A DNA stretch of 64,000 nucleotides from Lachnospiraceae bacterium (lineage in GTDB: Bacteria > Bacillota > Clostridia > Lachnospirales > Lachnospiraceae). The stretch is from assembly GCA_051877515.1 (NCBI GenBank), contig JBJEIY010000010.1:27000-90999 (forward strand). Reading direction: 5' to 3'. The notes beneath the pieces were generated by a model, which saw only the letters and a program-made list of their open reading frames with translations, ran no database searches and was not told where the DNA came from. The position numbers and the translations under genes are program-made. How positions within the stretch are numbered: position 1 is the stretch's first letter; each line of letters begins with the position of its first letter. Shown here one piece after another: positions 17,835-27,899 of the stretch.

Positions 17835-20360
17835 ATGATAAAACGTCCTATGCTGGGGATGTTTCTGATGATGGCGGCAGGGGTTTTGCTGGGAAGGCAA
17901 GGATCCCGGCTGATGTTGCCGCTACTCTGGGAGAATGCCGGAAAAGGCGGTGGGACAGTGATCGCGTGGGGCATATTGCCGGCTCTGGCGGCTACCCTGT
18001 TTGTCATACTGTTGATGATGGCAGGAGTATATAGAAGCCGCTTTCGGAAAAGAAGGATAGTGGGCAGAACACGGGTCATATGCCTGCTGCTTCTGGGAGC
18101 TGTGCTGGGATTATTCCGGGGCAGTCAATATGAAATCCGTTATCAGAGGACGCGGCAGGCATTGGAAACTGCCGGTAAAGAAGCATGCAGGATCTATGCG
18201 GCAGGGCTGATCACGCAGACCCGACAGACAGAAACATCTACCGTTTATCAGTTAAGTCATTGCACCCTGGAAATGCAGGGTGCGTCAGGATCCATTCCGG
18301 ATCTAACTATTTTTCAAAAAGAAAAAACAGAATATGCAGTGGGTGATTATATCACTCTTTATGGCATTCCTACAGCCCTTTCCACGGCTACCAATGATGG
18401 TGGCTATGATGAGAGGAGCGCCTGCTATGAAAAAGGCATTGCAGGGAAATTTTTGACTCCCAAAATAAAAAAGACAGATACGCCCACCAATCTCATCCTC
18501 TGGGGGAAGATGGTGGCCGGGTTGGATCATCTTGTGCAAAGCTACCGGGAAATCTATGAATTGGAGTTGTCTGCAGAGAATCGGGGAATCCTGGAAGCCA
18601 TGTGTCTGGGGAAAAAGGAGCATCTTTTACAGGAACAGAAGGACAGCTTCAAGAATGCGGGGATATCACATCTTTTAGCTATTTCCGGTGTCCATGTCTG
18701 TGTGGTAGGCATGTTCCTTTTTCGGCGGATTCGAAAATTCCGGATTCCCATGGGTGCAGCCTGCATATTTACCATGATCATTTCGTTTTTCTTTGCAGTC
18801 AGTACGGGATCCGGCATCTCAGCTCTGCGGGCTGTGGTAATGTTTGGGGTTTTCCTGGGAAGTATCTTCTGGGGAAAGAGTTATGACGGATTTAGCGCCA
18901 TGGCTTTTGCGGGAATTCTTCTGCTCCTGACAGAACCATATTGTATTGCCGGAGCATCGTTTCAGTATTCTTTTGCTGCTGTGACAGGGATTTTCGGGGT
19001 CCAGGAGCTGATACGCGTGAAATACCAAAAATTGCATCCAATCCTGTCCTCTTTGCTGGTCAGTACAGCAGCATGGCTAACTACATTGCCACTAACTGCA
19101 TGGTATCAGTATCGGATCACAACTTTTTCTGCATTATTAAATCTAGTTATAATTCCTTTGGCATCGCCGGTTCTGGTGGGAGGTTTATTTGGCGGGGGAC
19201 TGAAGCTGATGGGAACATGCCTGGAGGTGTTTCATAATTTGCCGATCGGTTATCTTAGCAGAGGGATCGCCTGCATACTTTCTCTTGCAGGGAAGGGATT
19301 CTTAAAGATGGCAGAGTTTTGTATCCTTTTGCTGCGAGGCCTGGCAGAGGGATATGGAAGACTTCCGGGCGGAAATCTTCTGGTGGGAAAGCCTCACTGG
19401 GGCATTTGCCTAATCTTCTATGTTATATTATTTATTTGCTATTATATTGGGAAAAAGAAGAAATATTTCTTATATTTTTCGGGTATTATACCACTTATTG
19501 CGATCATGGCAGTGTGGAATCAGAGCTATGAGAACCGGGTGGTGTTCCTGGATGTGGGTCAGGGCGATGGGATTTATCTGGAAAGCGCGGATGGGAAAAG
19601 CTTCTTTATTGATGGTGGCAGTAGCAGTGAGAGTCAGATTGGAAGGTATACGCTGCAGCCTTTTTTGGAATACCATGCCAGAGACAGCGTGGATGTGTGG
19701 TTTGTTTCCCATTGTGACACCGATCATGTTTCCGGACTGTTGGAATTGCTGGAGTACGGCTATCCCATAGGCCGGATTGTATTTGCTGCGGATGTTGCAA
19801 AGGATAAAAATTATAACAGGATTAAAGAAAATGCGAAACAACGGGATATCAAGGTCTCACATATGAAAGATGGAGATTATATTCAGACGGAGGAGGTAAG
19901 GTTTCTTTCTCTCGGGGGTGAACAAGGCGGGGAGCCGGTTGCATTGGATGGAAATAGTAATGACCGTTGTCTGGTTTTGCTGGCAAGGTTTTTGAAGACG
20001 GGACAAACCTGTTTATTTGCAGGAGACAGCTCCTCTGATGCGGAACAGGAGTTTTTGCCGGCTTTGCAGGAACAACTATCCGGTCAGCCTCTTTTTCTTA
20101 TGAAAGCCAACCATCATGGTTCTAAGAATTCTAACGGGGAGCTCCTTTTACAGACAGCAAAACCAAAATTAGCGGTGATCTCCTGCAGTTTAACGAATAG
20201 CTACGGCCATCCTCATCCGGAAGCGGTCAAACGGCTGGAACAGGCCGGTGCAAAAGTTCTTTATACCATGAAAAGCGGACAGGTTACCATTCGTATGAAG
20301 GAAGAGGCAGCCTGGGTGGAAGAGGTAAATTCCTTGTACTTTAAGAGCAGAGTGTGGTAA
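17835..20360 (+). CDS. comEC: DNA internalisation competence protein ComEC/Rec2
   Basis: Polytopic membrane core with SHLLAISGVH motif and a C-terminal metallo-beta-lactamase domain (VVFLDVGQGDG...HCDTDH). ATG at 17835 lies just after the gerMN stop; the listed 17736 start overlaps the previous gene. Confidence 0.9.
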   Translation: MIKRPMLGMFLMMAAGVLLGRQGSRLMLPLLWENAGKGGGTVIAWGILPALAATLFVILLMMAGVYRSRFRKRRIVGRTRVICLLLLGAVLGLFRGSQYEIRYQRTRQALETAGKEACRIYAAGLITQTRQTETSTVYQLSHCTLEMQGASGSIPDLTIFQKEKTEYAVGDYITLYGIPTALSTATNDGGYDERSACYEKGIAGKFLTPKIKKTDTPTNLILWGKMVAGLDHLVQSYREIYELELSAENRGILEAMCLGKKEHLLQEQKDSFKNAGISHLLAISGVHVCVVGMFLFRRIRKFRIPMGAACIFTMIISFFFAVSTGSGISALRAVVMFGVFLGSIFWGKSYDGFSAMAFAGILLLLTEPYCIAGASFQYSFAAVTGIFGVQELIRVKYQKLHPILSSLLVSTAAWLTTLPLTAWYQYRITTFSALLNLVIIPLASPVLVGGLFGGGLKLMGTCLEVFHNLPIGYLSRGIACILSLAGKGFLKMAEFCILLLRGLAEGYGRLPGGNLLVGKPHWGICLIFYVILFICYYIGKKKKYFLYFSGIIPLIAIMAVWNQSYENRVVFLDVGQGDGIYLESADGKSFFIDGGSSSESQIGRYTLQPFLEYHARDSVDVWFVSHCDTDHVSGLLELLEYGYPIGRIVFAADVAKDKNYNRIKENAKQRDIKVSHMKDGDYIQTEEVRFLSLGGEQGGEPVALDGNSNDRCLVLLARFLKTGQTCLFAGDSSSDAEQEFLPALQEQLSGQPLFLMKANHHGSKNSNGELLLQTAKPKLAVISCSLTNSYGHPHPEAVKRLEQAGAKVLYTMKSGQVTIRMKEEAAWVEEVNSLYFKSRVW

Positions 20361-20432
20361 GATAATATTAAATGTGAACATATGGATGTAGAATGATTTT
20401 GTGAACAAAAGAGTGAACTCGGAGGCGGTTTA

Positions 20433-22910
20433 GTGGGAACGACACAATTTGAAAAAGAGATTGAGACATATAAGCAAAAGATTAAAATCATGGAGCATGC
20501 TCTTTCTGCCAGCGCAGGAGCATACTACAACATCAACATTACACAGAATCTTGTCCCCGGAACTATGTATCAGGTCATTGATGATAAGGAATACAGTATC
20601 AATGAGAAAATCGGCTTTCCGGATGACTGTCAGTATGAGGATGTGATCAAATATTGGGGAAATCAGCTGACGCACGAGCAGCAACCGGCTTACTTTGCTT
20701 TTTTTGACAGGAGTCACTTGACGGAGAGCTTTGAAAGAGGAGAGGACCACATCTCACATCGCTATTGGACGAAGGATTCTTTGGGCAATCCCATGTTGGC
20801 AGAACAGCATGTGGTAATGTACCGGGATATGGTGAATCAGGATCTTCTGGCGATCACTTATATTCTTGATCACACATTAATCGAAGAACTTCGGGCTAAG
20901 GATTCACAGCAGAGAAGACTTCTTGAAGAAGACATCCGAAAGATCGAGGGACTGGCAAGCCAGTATTCTGCTTTGTATTTTATCAATCTTGATACACAGG
21001 AATGTACAAAATATTGTCTGATTGAACGGATCCTGAAAGAAAAAATAGAAAGTCTGGATGATTTTTTCAGGATGTATAAAGAGTTGGTCCTTGCTTATAC
21101 GCATCCGGATTACAAAGAGGAAATGTTGCGGTTTGCTGATGTTGACCGGGTCAGGGAACTGCTTCAAAATCGAAAAAGATATGCCTACCGATTCTTGCAT
21201 ACCGGAAAGGATGGAGATTATCAATGGTTGGAGCTTACGTTGCATAAGTTTGCAAATGCAAATGAGGAAGCCACGTTGGTTGCTTTTGCTTTTCTGAATG
21301 TGGATGAAGAGGAACGGGAAAAAGAAGCACAGAGAAAGATGCTGGTGGATGCACTTGCGGCAGCAGAGCATGCCAATAGGGCAAAGACAGCATTTCTCAA
21401 TAACATGTCCCATGATATCCGAACGCCAATGAATGCGATCATCGGATATACTGCACTTGCGGCATCCCATCTGGATGATAAAGAATCCGTCAAGGATTAC
21501 CTGGAAAAAATTTCTGTTTCCAGCAGTCACTTGTTGAGTCTGATCAACGATGTTCTGGATATGAGCCGCATTGAAAGCGGCCGGGTGAAGATTGAAGAAA
21601 AGCAGGTACATCTGCCGGATGTCCTTCATGATCTGAGGATCATCATCCAGTCAAATATTACCTCGAAGCAGCAGGATCTGTTCATTGATGTGCAGGATGT
21701 TGTGCATGAGGATATCGTTACAGATAAATTGCGCCTGAATCAGGTACTGCTTAATATTGCCAGTAATGCTATCAAGTACACTCCGGTGGGAGGAACCATC
21801 AGTATTAAAGTTTCCGAAAAACCATGTAAACTCACCGGATATACCACCTATGAGTTCCGTATAAAAGATAACGGTATCGGTATGTCCGAGGAATTTCAGA
21901 AACATATATTTGAATCGTTCTCGCGGGAGCAGTCCTCAACAGCAAGTGGCATTCAGGGAACCGGACTGGGGATGGCGATCACAAAGAATATCGTGGACAT
22001 GATGGGCGGTACCATCTGTGTAAAGAGTGAAGAAGGAAAAGGAACGGAATTTGTTGTAACCATTGACTGTAAGCTATCAGATCACATTGTAAAATACGAA
22101 CCTATTCCGGAGCTTCAGGGATCCCGTGCACTGGTTGCTGATGATGATACAGATACCTGCATGAGCGTAAGCAAAATGCTGAAGCAGATAGGAATGAGGG
22201 CGGACTGGACGGTTTCCGGTAAGGAAGCCATTGTCAGAGCAAAAGAAGCTTTTGAGGAGGGAGACGAATTCAAGGCCTATATTATCGACTGGCTGATGCC
22301 GGATATGAATGGCATTGAGACGGTTCGCCGAATCCGCAAAGTGATCGGAGACAGTACGCCGATCATTATCCTGACTGCATATGACTGGTCAGATATTGAA
22401 CTGGAAGCAAAAGAGGCCGGTGTGACGGCATTTGTTGCGAAGCCGTTGTTTATGTCGGAATTACGGGAGGTGCTTTCCAGACCTGTCCGTACAGAGGTTG
22501 CAGCAAGACAGGAAGCCAAGACTGATTTTACAGGGAAGAAAGTTCTTCTTGTAGAAGATAATGAATTAAATCAGGAGATTGCGGCAGAAATCCTGACCGA
22601 GGCCGGATTTGTGGTGGATGTGGCAGAAGACGGGATTGTTGCAGTAGATAAGATGGCAGAGGCAGCTTCTGACCAATATGACCTCATCCTTATGGATATC
22701 CAGATGCCCAAAATGAATGGTTTTCTGGCCACAAGGGAGATCAGGACCTTAAGAGATAACCGGAAAGCCAATATCCCCATCATTGCCATGACAGCCAATG
22801 CCTTTGACGAGGATAAAAAGGATGCTTTTGAGGCGGGAATGAATGGATTTATCGCAAAGCCTATCGATATCAATGCGTTGCTGCGTACGCTGGCAGATGT
22901 GTTAAAATAG
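20433..22910 (+). CDS. soluble hybrid sensor histidine kinase with two C-terminal receiver domains
   Basis: No TM segment. About 300-aa N-terminal sensor region, H-box SHDIRTPMNAI, HATPase GTGLGMAI, two REC domains (ALVADDD...DWLMPDMNG; VLLVEDN...MDIQMPKMNG). GTG start, position uncertain. Confidence 0.88.
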   Translation: MGTTQFEKEIETYKQKIKIMEHALSASAGAYYNINITQNLVPGTMYQVIDDKEYSINEKIGFPDDCQYEDVIKYWGNQLTHEQQPAYFAFFDRSHLTESFERGEDHISHRYWTKDSLGNPMLAEQHVVMYRDMVNQDLLAITYILDHTLIEELRAKDSQQRRLLEEDIRKIEGLASQYSALYFINLDTQECTKYCLIERILKEKIESLDDFFRMYKELVLAYTHPDYKEEMLRFADVDRVRELLQNRKRYAYRFLHTGKDGDYQWLELTLHKFANANEEATLVAFAFLNVDEEEREKEAQRKMLVDALAAAEHANRAKTAFLNNMSHDIRTPMNAIIGYTALAASHLDDKESVKDYLEKISVSSSHLLSLINDVLDMSRIESGRVKIEEKQVHLPDVLHDLRIIIQSNITSKQQDLFIDVQDVVHEDIVTDKLRLNQVLLNIASNAIKYTPVGGTISIKVSEKPCKLTGYTTYEFRIKDNGIGMSEEFQKHIFESFSREQSSTASGIQGTGLGMAITKNIVDMMGGTICVKSEEGKGTEFVVTIDCKLSDHIVKYEPIPELQGSRALVADDDTDTCMSVSKMLKQIGMRADWTVSGKEAIVRAKEAFEEGDEFKAYIIDWLMPDMNGIETVRRIRKVIGDSTPIIILTAYDWSDIELEAKEAGVTAFVAKPLFMSELREVLSRPVRTEVAARQEAKTDFTGKKVLLVEDNELNQEIAAEILTEAGFVVDVAEDGIVAVDKMAEAASDQYDLILMDIQMPKMNGFLATREIRTLRDNRKANIPIIAMTANAFDEDKKDAFEAGMNGFIAKPIDINALLRTLADVLK

Positions 22911-22944
22911 AACAATCAGACTACCGGAATAGTAAGGAAGGATT

Positions 22945-23961
22945 ATGGCATACCCCAAGAAGGACAATCCCATTGAGTGCACCAGAGTCATTCATGACCT
23001 GATCGCCAAGGGGGAAGTAAAGCGGGCGTATCTTCTTTACGGAGAAGAGCGCTATCTGGTAAAACAGAATAAAGACAATCTGATGAAGTTTCTGAATCCC
23101 CAGGGGGACACCATGAACGTCAACGTGTATTCCGGAAGCGGCATCCATGTGCCGGAGGTCATTGATGTGGCGGAGACACTGCCGTTTTTGGCAGATCGCA
23201 GGATTTTGTTGCTGGAGGATACGGGACTGTTTAGCGGTGCCGGAGAGGAGTTAGCGGAGTATCTGCCTACCGCACCGGAGAGCACGGTATTTGTTTTTGT
23301 GGAGCAGTCAGCAGACGGGCGTTGCAAACTCATGAAAGCAGTCAAGGAGTGTGGTGTGGCGGTCAACTATGTACGCCAGACCCAGCAGACCCTGGAAACA
23401 TGGGTAAAAGGGCGGCTCCGACAGGAACATAAAACAGCACCTGCCAGTGTCATTGCCCATTTCCTAAATAAAACCGGGGACAATATGCAGCTGATTGAGC
23501 AGGAGCTGGAAAAGCTCATCTCCTATACCCTGGATAAAGAAGAGATCACGGTACATGATGTCAATGCAGTATGTACTACAACCATTGAGGATCATATTTT
23601 TGACATGATTGAGGCGGTGAGTATGAAAGACCAGAAAAAGACCCTGATGCTGTATCGGGATCTGCTGGCCTTAAAAGAAGCACCTGCCAAGATCCTGGCC
23701 TTGCTCAACGGAGAATTTGCAAGGCTTCTTACCATGAAGGATCTTCAGGGAAAAAGTTTAACCCGGACCCAGATGGCGGACCGCATGGGGATCAAAGAAT
23801 TTGTTGTGACGAAGCGAATGCCTGTTTTGGGAAAATATACAAAAGAACAGCTGGCAAACTGCCTGCGTCTGGGTGTGGAAACGGACCAGTCCTTTAAAGA
23901 AGGCCGGATCAACGACCGGCTGGCGGTGGAACTTTTATTGGTGCAGTTAACAGAGGCATAA
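22945..23961 (+). CDS. holA: DNA polymerase III delta subunit
   Basis: Size, YLLYGEERYL N-terminus and position after comEC as in Bacillus. Confidence 0.85.
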   Translation: MAYPKKDNPIECTRVIHDLIAKGEVKRAYLLYGEERYLVKQNKDNLMKFLNPQGDTMNVNVYSGSGIHVPEVIDVAETLPFLADRRILLLEDTGLFSGAGEELAEYLPTAPESTVFVFVEQSADGRCKLMKAVKECGVAVNYVRQTQQTLETWVKGRLRQEHKTAPASVIAHFLNKTGDNMQLIEQELEKLISYTLDKEEITVHDVNAVCTTTIEDHIFDMIEAVSMKDQKKTLMLYRDLLALKEAPAKILALLNGEFARLLTMKDLQGKSLTRTQMADRMGIKEFVVTKRMPVLGKYTKEQLANCLRLGVETDQSFKEGRINDRLAVELLLVQLTEA

Positions 23962-23970
23962 GCCTTTGGA

Positions 23971-24876
23971 CTACGCAAGATGCGGTCCAAAGGCTTTGTT
24001 TATGCCCTCCGAAAGGGTATAGGACAGACGCCGGATGGAGGAGTCAATGTCCTTGGGAGTGACAAACATGGAGTGCAGAGAAGGAAGCAACAGGGGACTG
24101 ACATCAAAATCCTCCACCATTGTTTCTGATAGGCTGTCGGAAACAATGGTGGCAGCATCTACCACCGTAGGGATCCCTAAGGACAGAACGGGAATTCCCA
24201 GAGTTTCTTCAGAGAGGGCGTTGCGATGATTGCCCACACCGCTGCCGGGGTGGATTCCGGTGTCAGAGATCTGGATGGTGCGGTTTAACCGCTTGATACT
24301 GCGGGCGGCCAGAGCATCAATGATAATGCACAGGGACGGTTTGCAGGTGGTGACAATGCCCTTTACGATCTCTAAGCTTTCCATGCCGGTTTGCCCCATT
24401 ACTCCGGGCACAATGCCGCTTAAAAGATAAGCGGAAGGTTCTTCAAAAGCTGATTGCCCGAATTCCCGAAACAGGTGACGGGAAATACAAAGCTGGTCCA
24501 CCACGTTGGGACCAAGGCTGTCCGGTGTGATATTGCGGTTTCCCAGTCCCACAACCAGAATGGATACGGGATGCTGGTAATTTCCGCCTCCCGGCAAAAA
24601 AGATCTCAGGCATTCCGAAAGAGCGCAGGAGATTTCTTCGTGGTGTCCTTCGTCTTCTTCGTTCATTTTGGGGGATTCCAGAGTGACGTAGGTCCCTTTC
24701 GGTTTTCCAATGGAGGCTGCGGCATTTTCTGTCAGGATATGCACAATGGTTTTCTTAATGTGTGTATTCCTGTCACTGGACTCTTCCACTTTTATGCCCT
24801 CGTTTTCATGAGGGGTGTGGGTCAGAGCCTCTTTGGCTTCCATGGCAAGGTCGGTTCGAATGTGATTCTGGTTCAT
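23971..24876 (-). CDS. gpr: GPR spore germination endopeptidase
   Basis: IRTDLAMEA, VVGLGNRNITPDSLGP and IDALAARS...ISDTGIHPGSGVGN motifs. Confidence 0.9.
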   Translation of the reverse strand: MNQNHIRTDLAMEAKEALTHTPHENEGIKVEESSDRNTHIKKTIVHILTENAAASIGKPKGTYVTLESPKMNEEDEGHHEEISCALSECLRSFLPGGGNYQHPVSILVVGLGNRNITPDSLGPNVVDQLCISRHLFREFGQSAFEEPSAYLLSGIVPGVMGQTGMESLEIVKGIVTTCKPSLCIIIDALAARSIKRLNRTIQISDTGIHPGSGVGNHRNALSEETLGIPVLSLGIPTVVDAATIVSDSLSETMVEDFDVSPLLLPSLHSMFVTPKDIDSSIRRLSYTLSEGINKAFGPHLA

Positions 24877-24911
24877 AAAAGCAGATCCTTTCTTCGTGAA
24901 CTTTTGTTACT

Positions 24912-24940
24912 TAGTGTGCGAAGAATTTTTTTATCTATGC
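24912..24940 (-). promoter_or_regulatory. candidate forespore (sigma-G/sigma-F type) promoter of gpr
   Basis: On the - strand: GCATA, 17 nt, CACACTA. This fits GHATR/CAHWHTA and lies about 35 nt upstream of the gpr ATG. Confidence 0.3.
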
Positions 24941-24951
24941 GCGGAAAACGG

Positions 24952-24980
24952 TTGACGGCAAAAAATAACTAGGCTATAAT
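24952..24980 (+). promoter_or_regulatory. candidate sigma-A promoter of the cbiM-Q-O operon
   Basis: TTGACG, 17 nt, TATAAT. Confidence 0.55.
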
Positions 24981-25066
24981 CTTTAAGAATGAGTGGCATG
25001 AAGTCAGTCGCAAGAGCACGAAGCTTTTGACAAAGTAAGATATCAAAAGAAAGGTAGGTATATGCT

Positions 25067-26143
25067 ATGCATATGGCAGATGCATTACTTGCTCCGGCTG
25101 TTGCGACGACAATGTATGTTACTTCAGCTGTTACAGCAGGTATTTCCATTAAGAATTTAAGAAAAGAAGAGAGATTAACACTGGAGCCAACTTCAAAGCG
25201 ACTTCCCACCATGGCAGTGATGTCTGCAATGGTTTTTGCAGGTCAGATGATCAATTATACCATTCCGGGAACCGGTTCTTCAGGACACCTTTGTGGTGGA
25301 ATGTTGCTAAGCGCTTTGTTGGGACCCTGGGCAGGATTTTTGTCCATGGCGGTCATTTTGGCGATACAGTGTCTTTTTTTTGCAGACGGAGGTCTTATGG
25401 CGCTGGGAGCCAATATCTGGAATATGGCTTTTTACGGATGTTTTGTAGGATATTATCTGATTTATAAACCGTTGATGGGAAGTTCCCTGTTTGCAGGAAG
25501 AGGGCAGCAGGCAGCAACCCGTATACGGATTGGTCTGGCATCCATTATAGGATGTGTATTGACCTTGCAGTTGGGAGCTTTTTCGGTAGTGATCGAGACT
25601 TCCCTGTCCGGAATCACAGAACTTCCTTTTGGCGCATTTTTGGGATTGATGCAGCCGATCCATCTGGCGATTGGTTTGGTGGAAGGTTTGATCACCACAG
25701 CGGTTCTTCTGTTCGTGTATGAGGCAAGACCGGAGCTCATCCGTGAACTTCCCCGGAACGGCGAAGAAAAGCAGAGATGCTCTTTTAAAACAACCCTGTT
25801 GATCCTTGGCACAGTTGTTTTGATCACGGGAGGCGGCTTGTCCCTGTTGGCAAGCTCTAATCCGGATGGTCTTGAGTGGTCCATGTTTGGGAATGAGCAG
25901 GAAGGCTATTCGGCGAACATGGGATTGGATGAAGAGAATTTTGGAGCAGAAAGTAAGGCGGCAGACAGAGCAGGTAAGATTCAGGAGAAAACAGCCTTTT
26001 TGCCGGATTATGCTTTTGCTTCTGATGCAGAAAATGTTTTAGGAACTTCCTTCTCCGGAATTGTAGGTTCAGCCATGGTAGCAGTCCTGGCGGCTATGAT
26101 TTGCATGGCGGGTGGTTTCTTCAGAAAGAGAGTACAGGAATAG
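25067..26143 (+). CDS. cbiM: ECF transporter substrate-capture component CbiM/NikM fused to a PDGLE-domain C-terminus
   Basis: MHMADALLAP N-terminus, polytopic core, C-terminal SNPDGLEWS plus a final TM helix. Confidence 0.8.
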   Translation: MHMADALLAPAVATTMYVTSAVTAGISIKNLRKEERLTLEPTSKRLPTMAVMSAMVFAGQMINYTIPGTGSSGHLCGGMLLSALLGPWAGFLSMAVILAIQCLFFADGGLMALGANIWNMAFYGCFVGYYLIYKPLMGSSLFAGRGQQAATRIRIGLASIIGCVLTLQLGAFSVVIETSLSGITELPFGAFLGLMQPIHLAIGLVEGLITTAVLLFVYEARPELIRELPRNGEEKQRCSFKTTLLILGTVVLITGGGLSLLASSNPDGLEWSMFGNEQEGYSANMGLDEENFGAESKAADRAGKIQEKTAFLPDYAFASDAENVLGTSFSGIVGSAMVAVLAAMICMAGGFFRKRVQE

Positions 26144-26156
26144 GAGGAAGTCGCCC

Positions 26157-26969
26157 ATGAATAAGGCGGAAAAAGCAGGAGCACAGTTTCGTGCTATGGA
26201 TGAACTGGCGTCAGAGAATTCGCCTCTTCATCAGGCAGATGCCGGATGCAAACTTTTTCTGACCATTGCTTATATTATTCTTGTGGTGTCTTTCCATAAA
26301 TATGATTTCACGGGGTTGTTTCCCATGGTGTTGTTCCCGGTGTTGGGATACCAGGTGGCAGGAGTGTCTGTCCGGACCTGTTTTTACAAGCTTCGGATGG
26401 TGTTGCCGCTTGTTTGTGCTGTGGGGATATTCAACCCCTTTTTTGATCATTCTGTAGCTTTTTATCTGGGACGTATTCCGGTTACCGGCGGAATGGTGTC
26501 TATGATGACACTCATGCTGAAAGGGATCTATACGTTAATGACTTCTTTTCTTTTAGCGGCCACCACCCGGATGGAATCCATCTGTGGTGCCTTGCGTAAG
26601 TTTCACTGCCCCAGAATGATCACTTCACTGTTATTGCTGACCGATCGCTACGTTTTGGTCATGCTGGAAGAGGTGGAGGTTATGACCACTGCCTATCAGC
26701 TGCGTGCACCGGGACAGAAAGGGATCCATATCTCTGCCTGGGGATCGTTTCTGGGACAGCTTCTTCTTCGGAGTATGGATCGGGCCCAGGCCCTGTATGA
26801 AAGCATGGTGGTGCGGGGCTATCACGGAGAGTTTCCCGAAAACACGGAAAAAGCAAGAGGGGGAGCATTCCTGCTGGTCACTGTCGTTGTATTTGCCCTG
26901 ATGCTACTGTTTCGTATGGTAAATGTAGCATCTTTGTTGGGTAGCTGGATGGTTTCGCACAGTGCATGA
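26157..26969 (+). CDS. cbiQ: ECF transporter transmembrane (T) component CbiQ
   Basis: CbiQ-like polytopic protein. ATG at 26157 follows AGGAGGAAG. Confidence 0.8.
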   Translation: MNKAEKAGAQFRAMDELASENSPLHQADAGCKLFLTIAYIILVVSFHKYDFTGLFPMVLFPVLGYQVAGVSVRTCFYKLRMVLPLVCAVGIFNPFFDHSVAFYLGRIPVTGGMVSMMTLMLKGIYTLMTSFLLAATTRMESICGALRKFHCPRMITSLLLLTDRYVLVMLEEVEVMTTAYQLRAPGQKGIHISAWGSFLGQLLLRSMDRAQALYESMVVRGYHGEFPENTEKARGGAFLLVTVVVFALMLLFRMVNVASLLGSWMVSHSA

Positions 26970-27015
26970 CAGAAACGCTGCAAAAGAGAAGAGGTTATGG
27001 TTAGGAGTGGAGAAA

Positions 27016-27762
27016 ATGCTTCAGTTTGAACAGGTTTGTATTTCTTATGATCATAAACATAAAATACTTGAAAAGCTCTCCTTTCATATTAAGCCCGGAG
27101 AACAGGTGGGGCTTATTGGGGCCAACGGAGCAGGAAAAAGCACCCTGTTAAAAGGGGCACTGGGTCTTTTGCCCTGGGAAGGCAGGATACTGGTGGATCA
27201 GATCCCTTTGAAAAAGGAGAATCTGGCAGTGATACGCAAAAAGTTAGGTTATGTCCTGCAGGATTCCGACAATCAGATGTTCATGCCTACGGTACAGGAA
27301 GACATGCTGTTTGGTCTGCTCAATTACGGAATGTCACGCATACAGGCGGAGCGTGTGGTCGACGAAACTTTGGAAGCATTGGGACTGGAACACCTGAAGC
27401 AGTGCCATAACCATAAATTATCCGGTGGGGAAAAGAAAATGGCAGCCATTGCCACGATTCTGGCTATGAAGCCGGAAGCATTGCTGATGGATGAACCGTC
27501 AGCAGCCTTAGATCCCAGAAATCGCCGCAATCTCATTCGGATCCTGCCAAAACTACCCCAGACCAAACTGATAGCCAGCCATGATCTGGATTTGATCTTA
27601 GAAATCTGTGACCGGGTGATCTTATTAGATCACGGACAGATTGTGGCAGATGGTCCCACGCAGGAGATCCTGCGGGATCAGGCATTGTTGGAGGCACATG
27701 GCCTGGAACTGCCTTTTTGTCTGACGGGATTGCCGGAGAAACTGCGAAATGCACAGAAATAA
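27016..27762 (+). CDS. cbiO: ECF transporter ATPase CbiO
   Basis: Walker A GANGAGKST, signature LSGGEKK, Walker B LLMDEP. ATG at 27016 follows GGAGTGGAG. Confidence 0.88.
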   Translation: MLQFEQVCISYDHKHKILEKLSFHIKPGEQVGLIGANGAGKSTLLKGALGLLPWEGRILVDQIPLKKENLAVIRKKLGYVLQDSDNQMFMPTVQEDMLFGLLNYGMSRIQAERVVDETLEALGLEHLKQCHNHKLSGGEKKMAAIATILAMKPEALLMDEPSAALDPRNRRNLIRILPKLPQTKLIASHDLDLILEICDRVILLDHGQIVADGPTQEILRDQALLEAHGLELPFCLTGLPEKLRNAQK

Positions 27763-27787
27763 AAAATATGAAATCCCAAGAAAACTA

Positions 27788-27816
27788 TTGACAGAATCAG
27801 GGAATTGGATTAAAAT
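27788..27816 (+). promoter_or_regulatory. candidate sigma-A promoter of rpsT
   Basis: TTGACA, 17 nt, TAAAAT. Confidence 0.55.
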
Positions 27817-27899
27817 ATCGTAGTATGTTTACATTAGCACGTCCGTGTCCGGCTATAATGTAACAGATGTGAAATTCATTCATAATGGAGGTGTACGAA

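Noticed and set aside
20374-20418. Three GTGAAC motifs upstream of the hybrid kinase, one within TTGTGAACAAAA, as a Rex box or other operator.
   Set aside because: Only one half-site matches Rex and the second half is absent. The spacing is irregular (27 and 12 bp). I kept it only as a remark under the kinase finding.
24981-25066. Cobalamin or NiCo riboswitch in the cbiM leader.
   Set aside because: The leader is only 86 nt, and I could not find a B12 box or the conserved NiCo junction sequences by eye. This needs cmsearch to be definitive.
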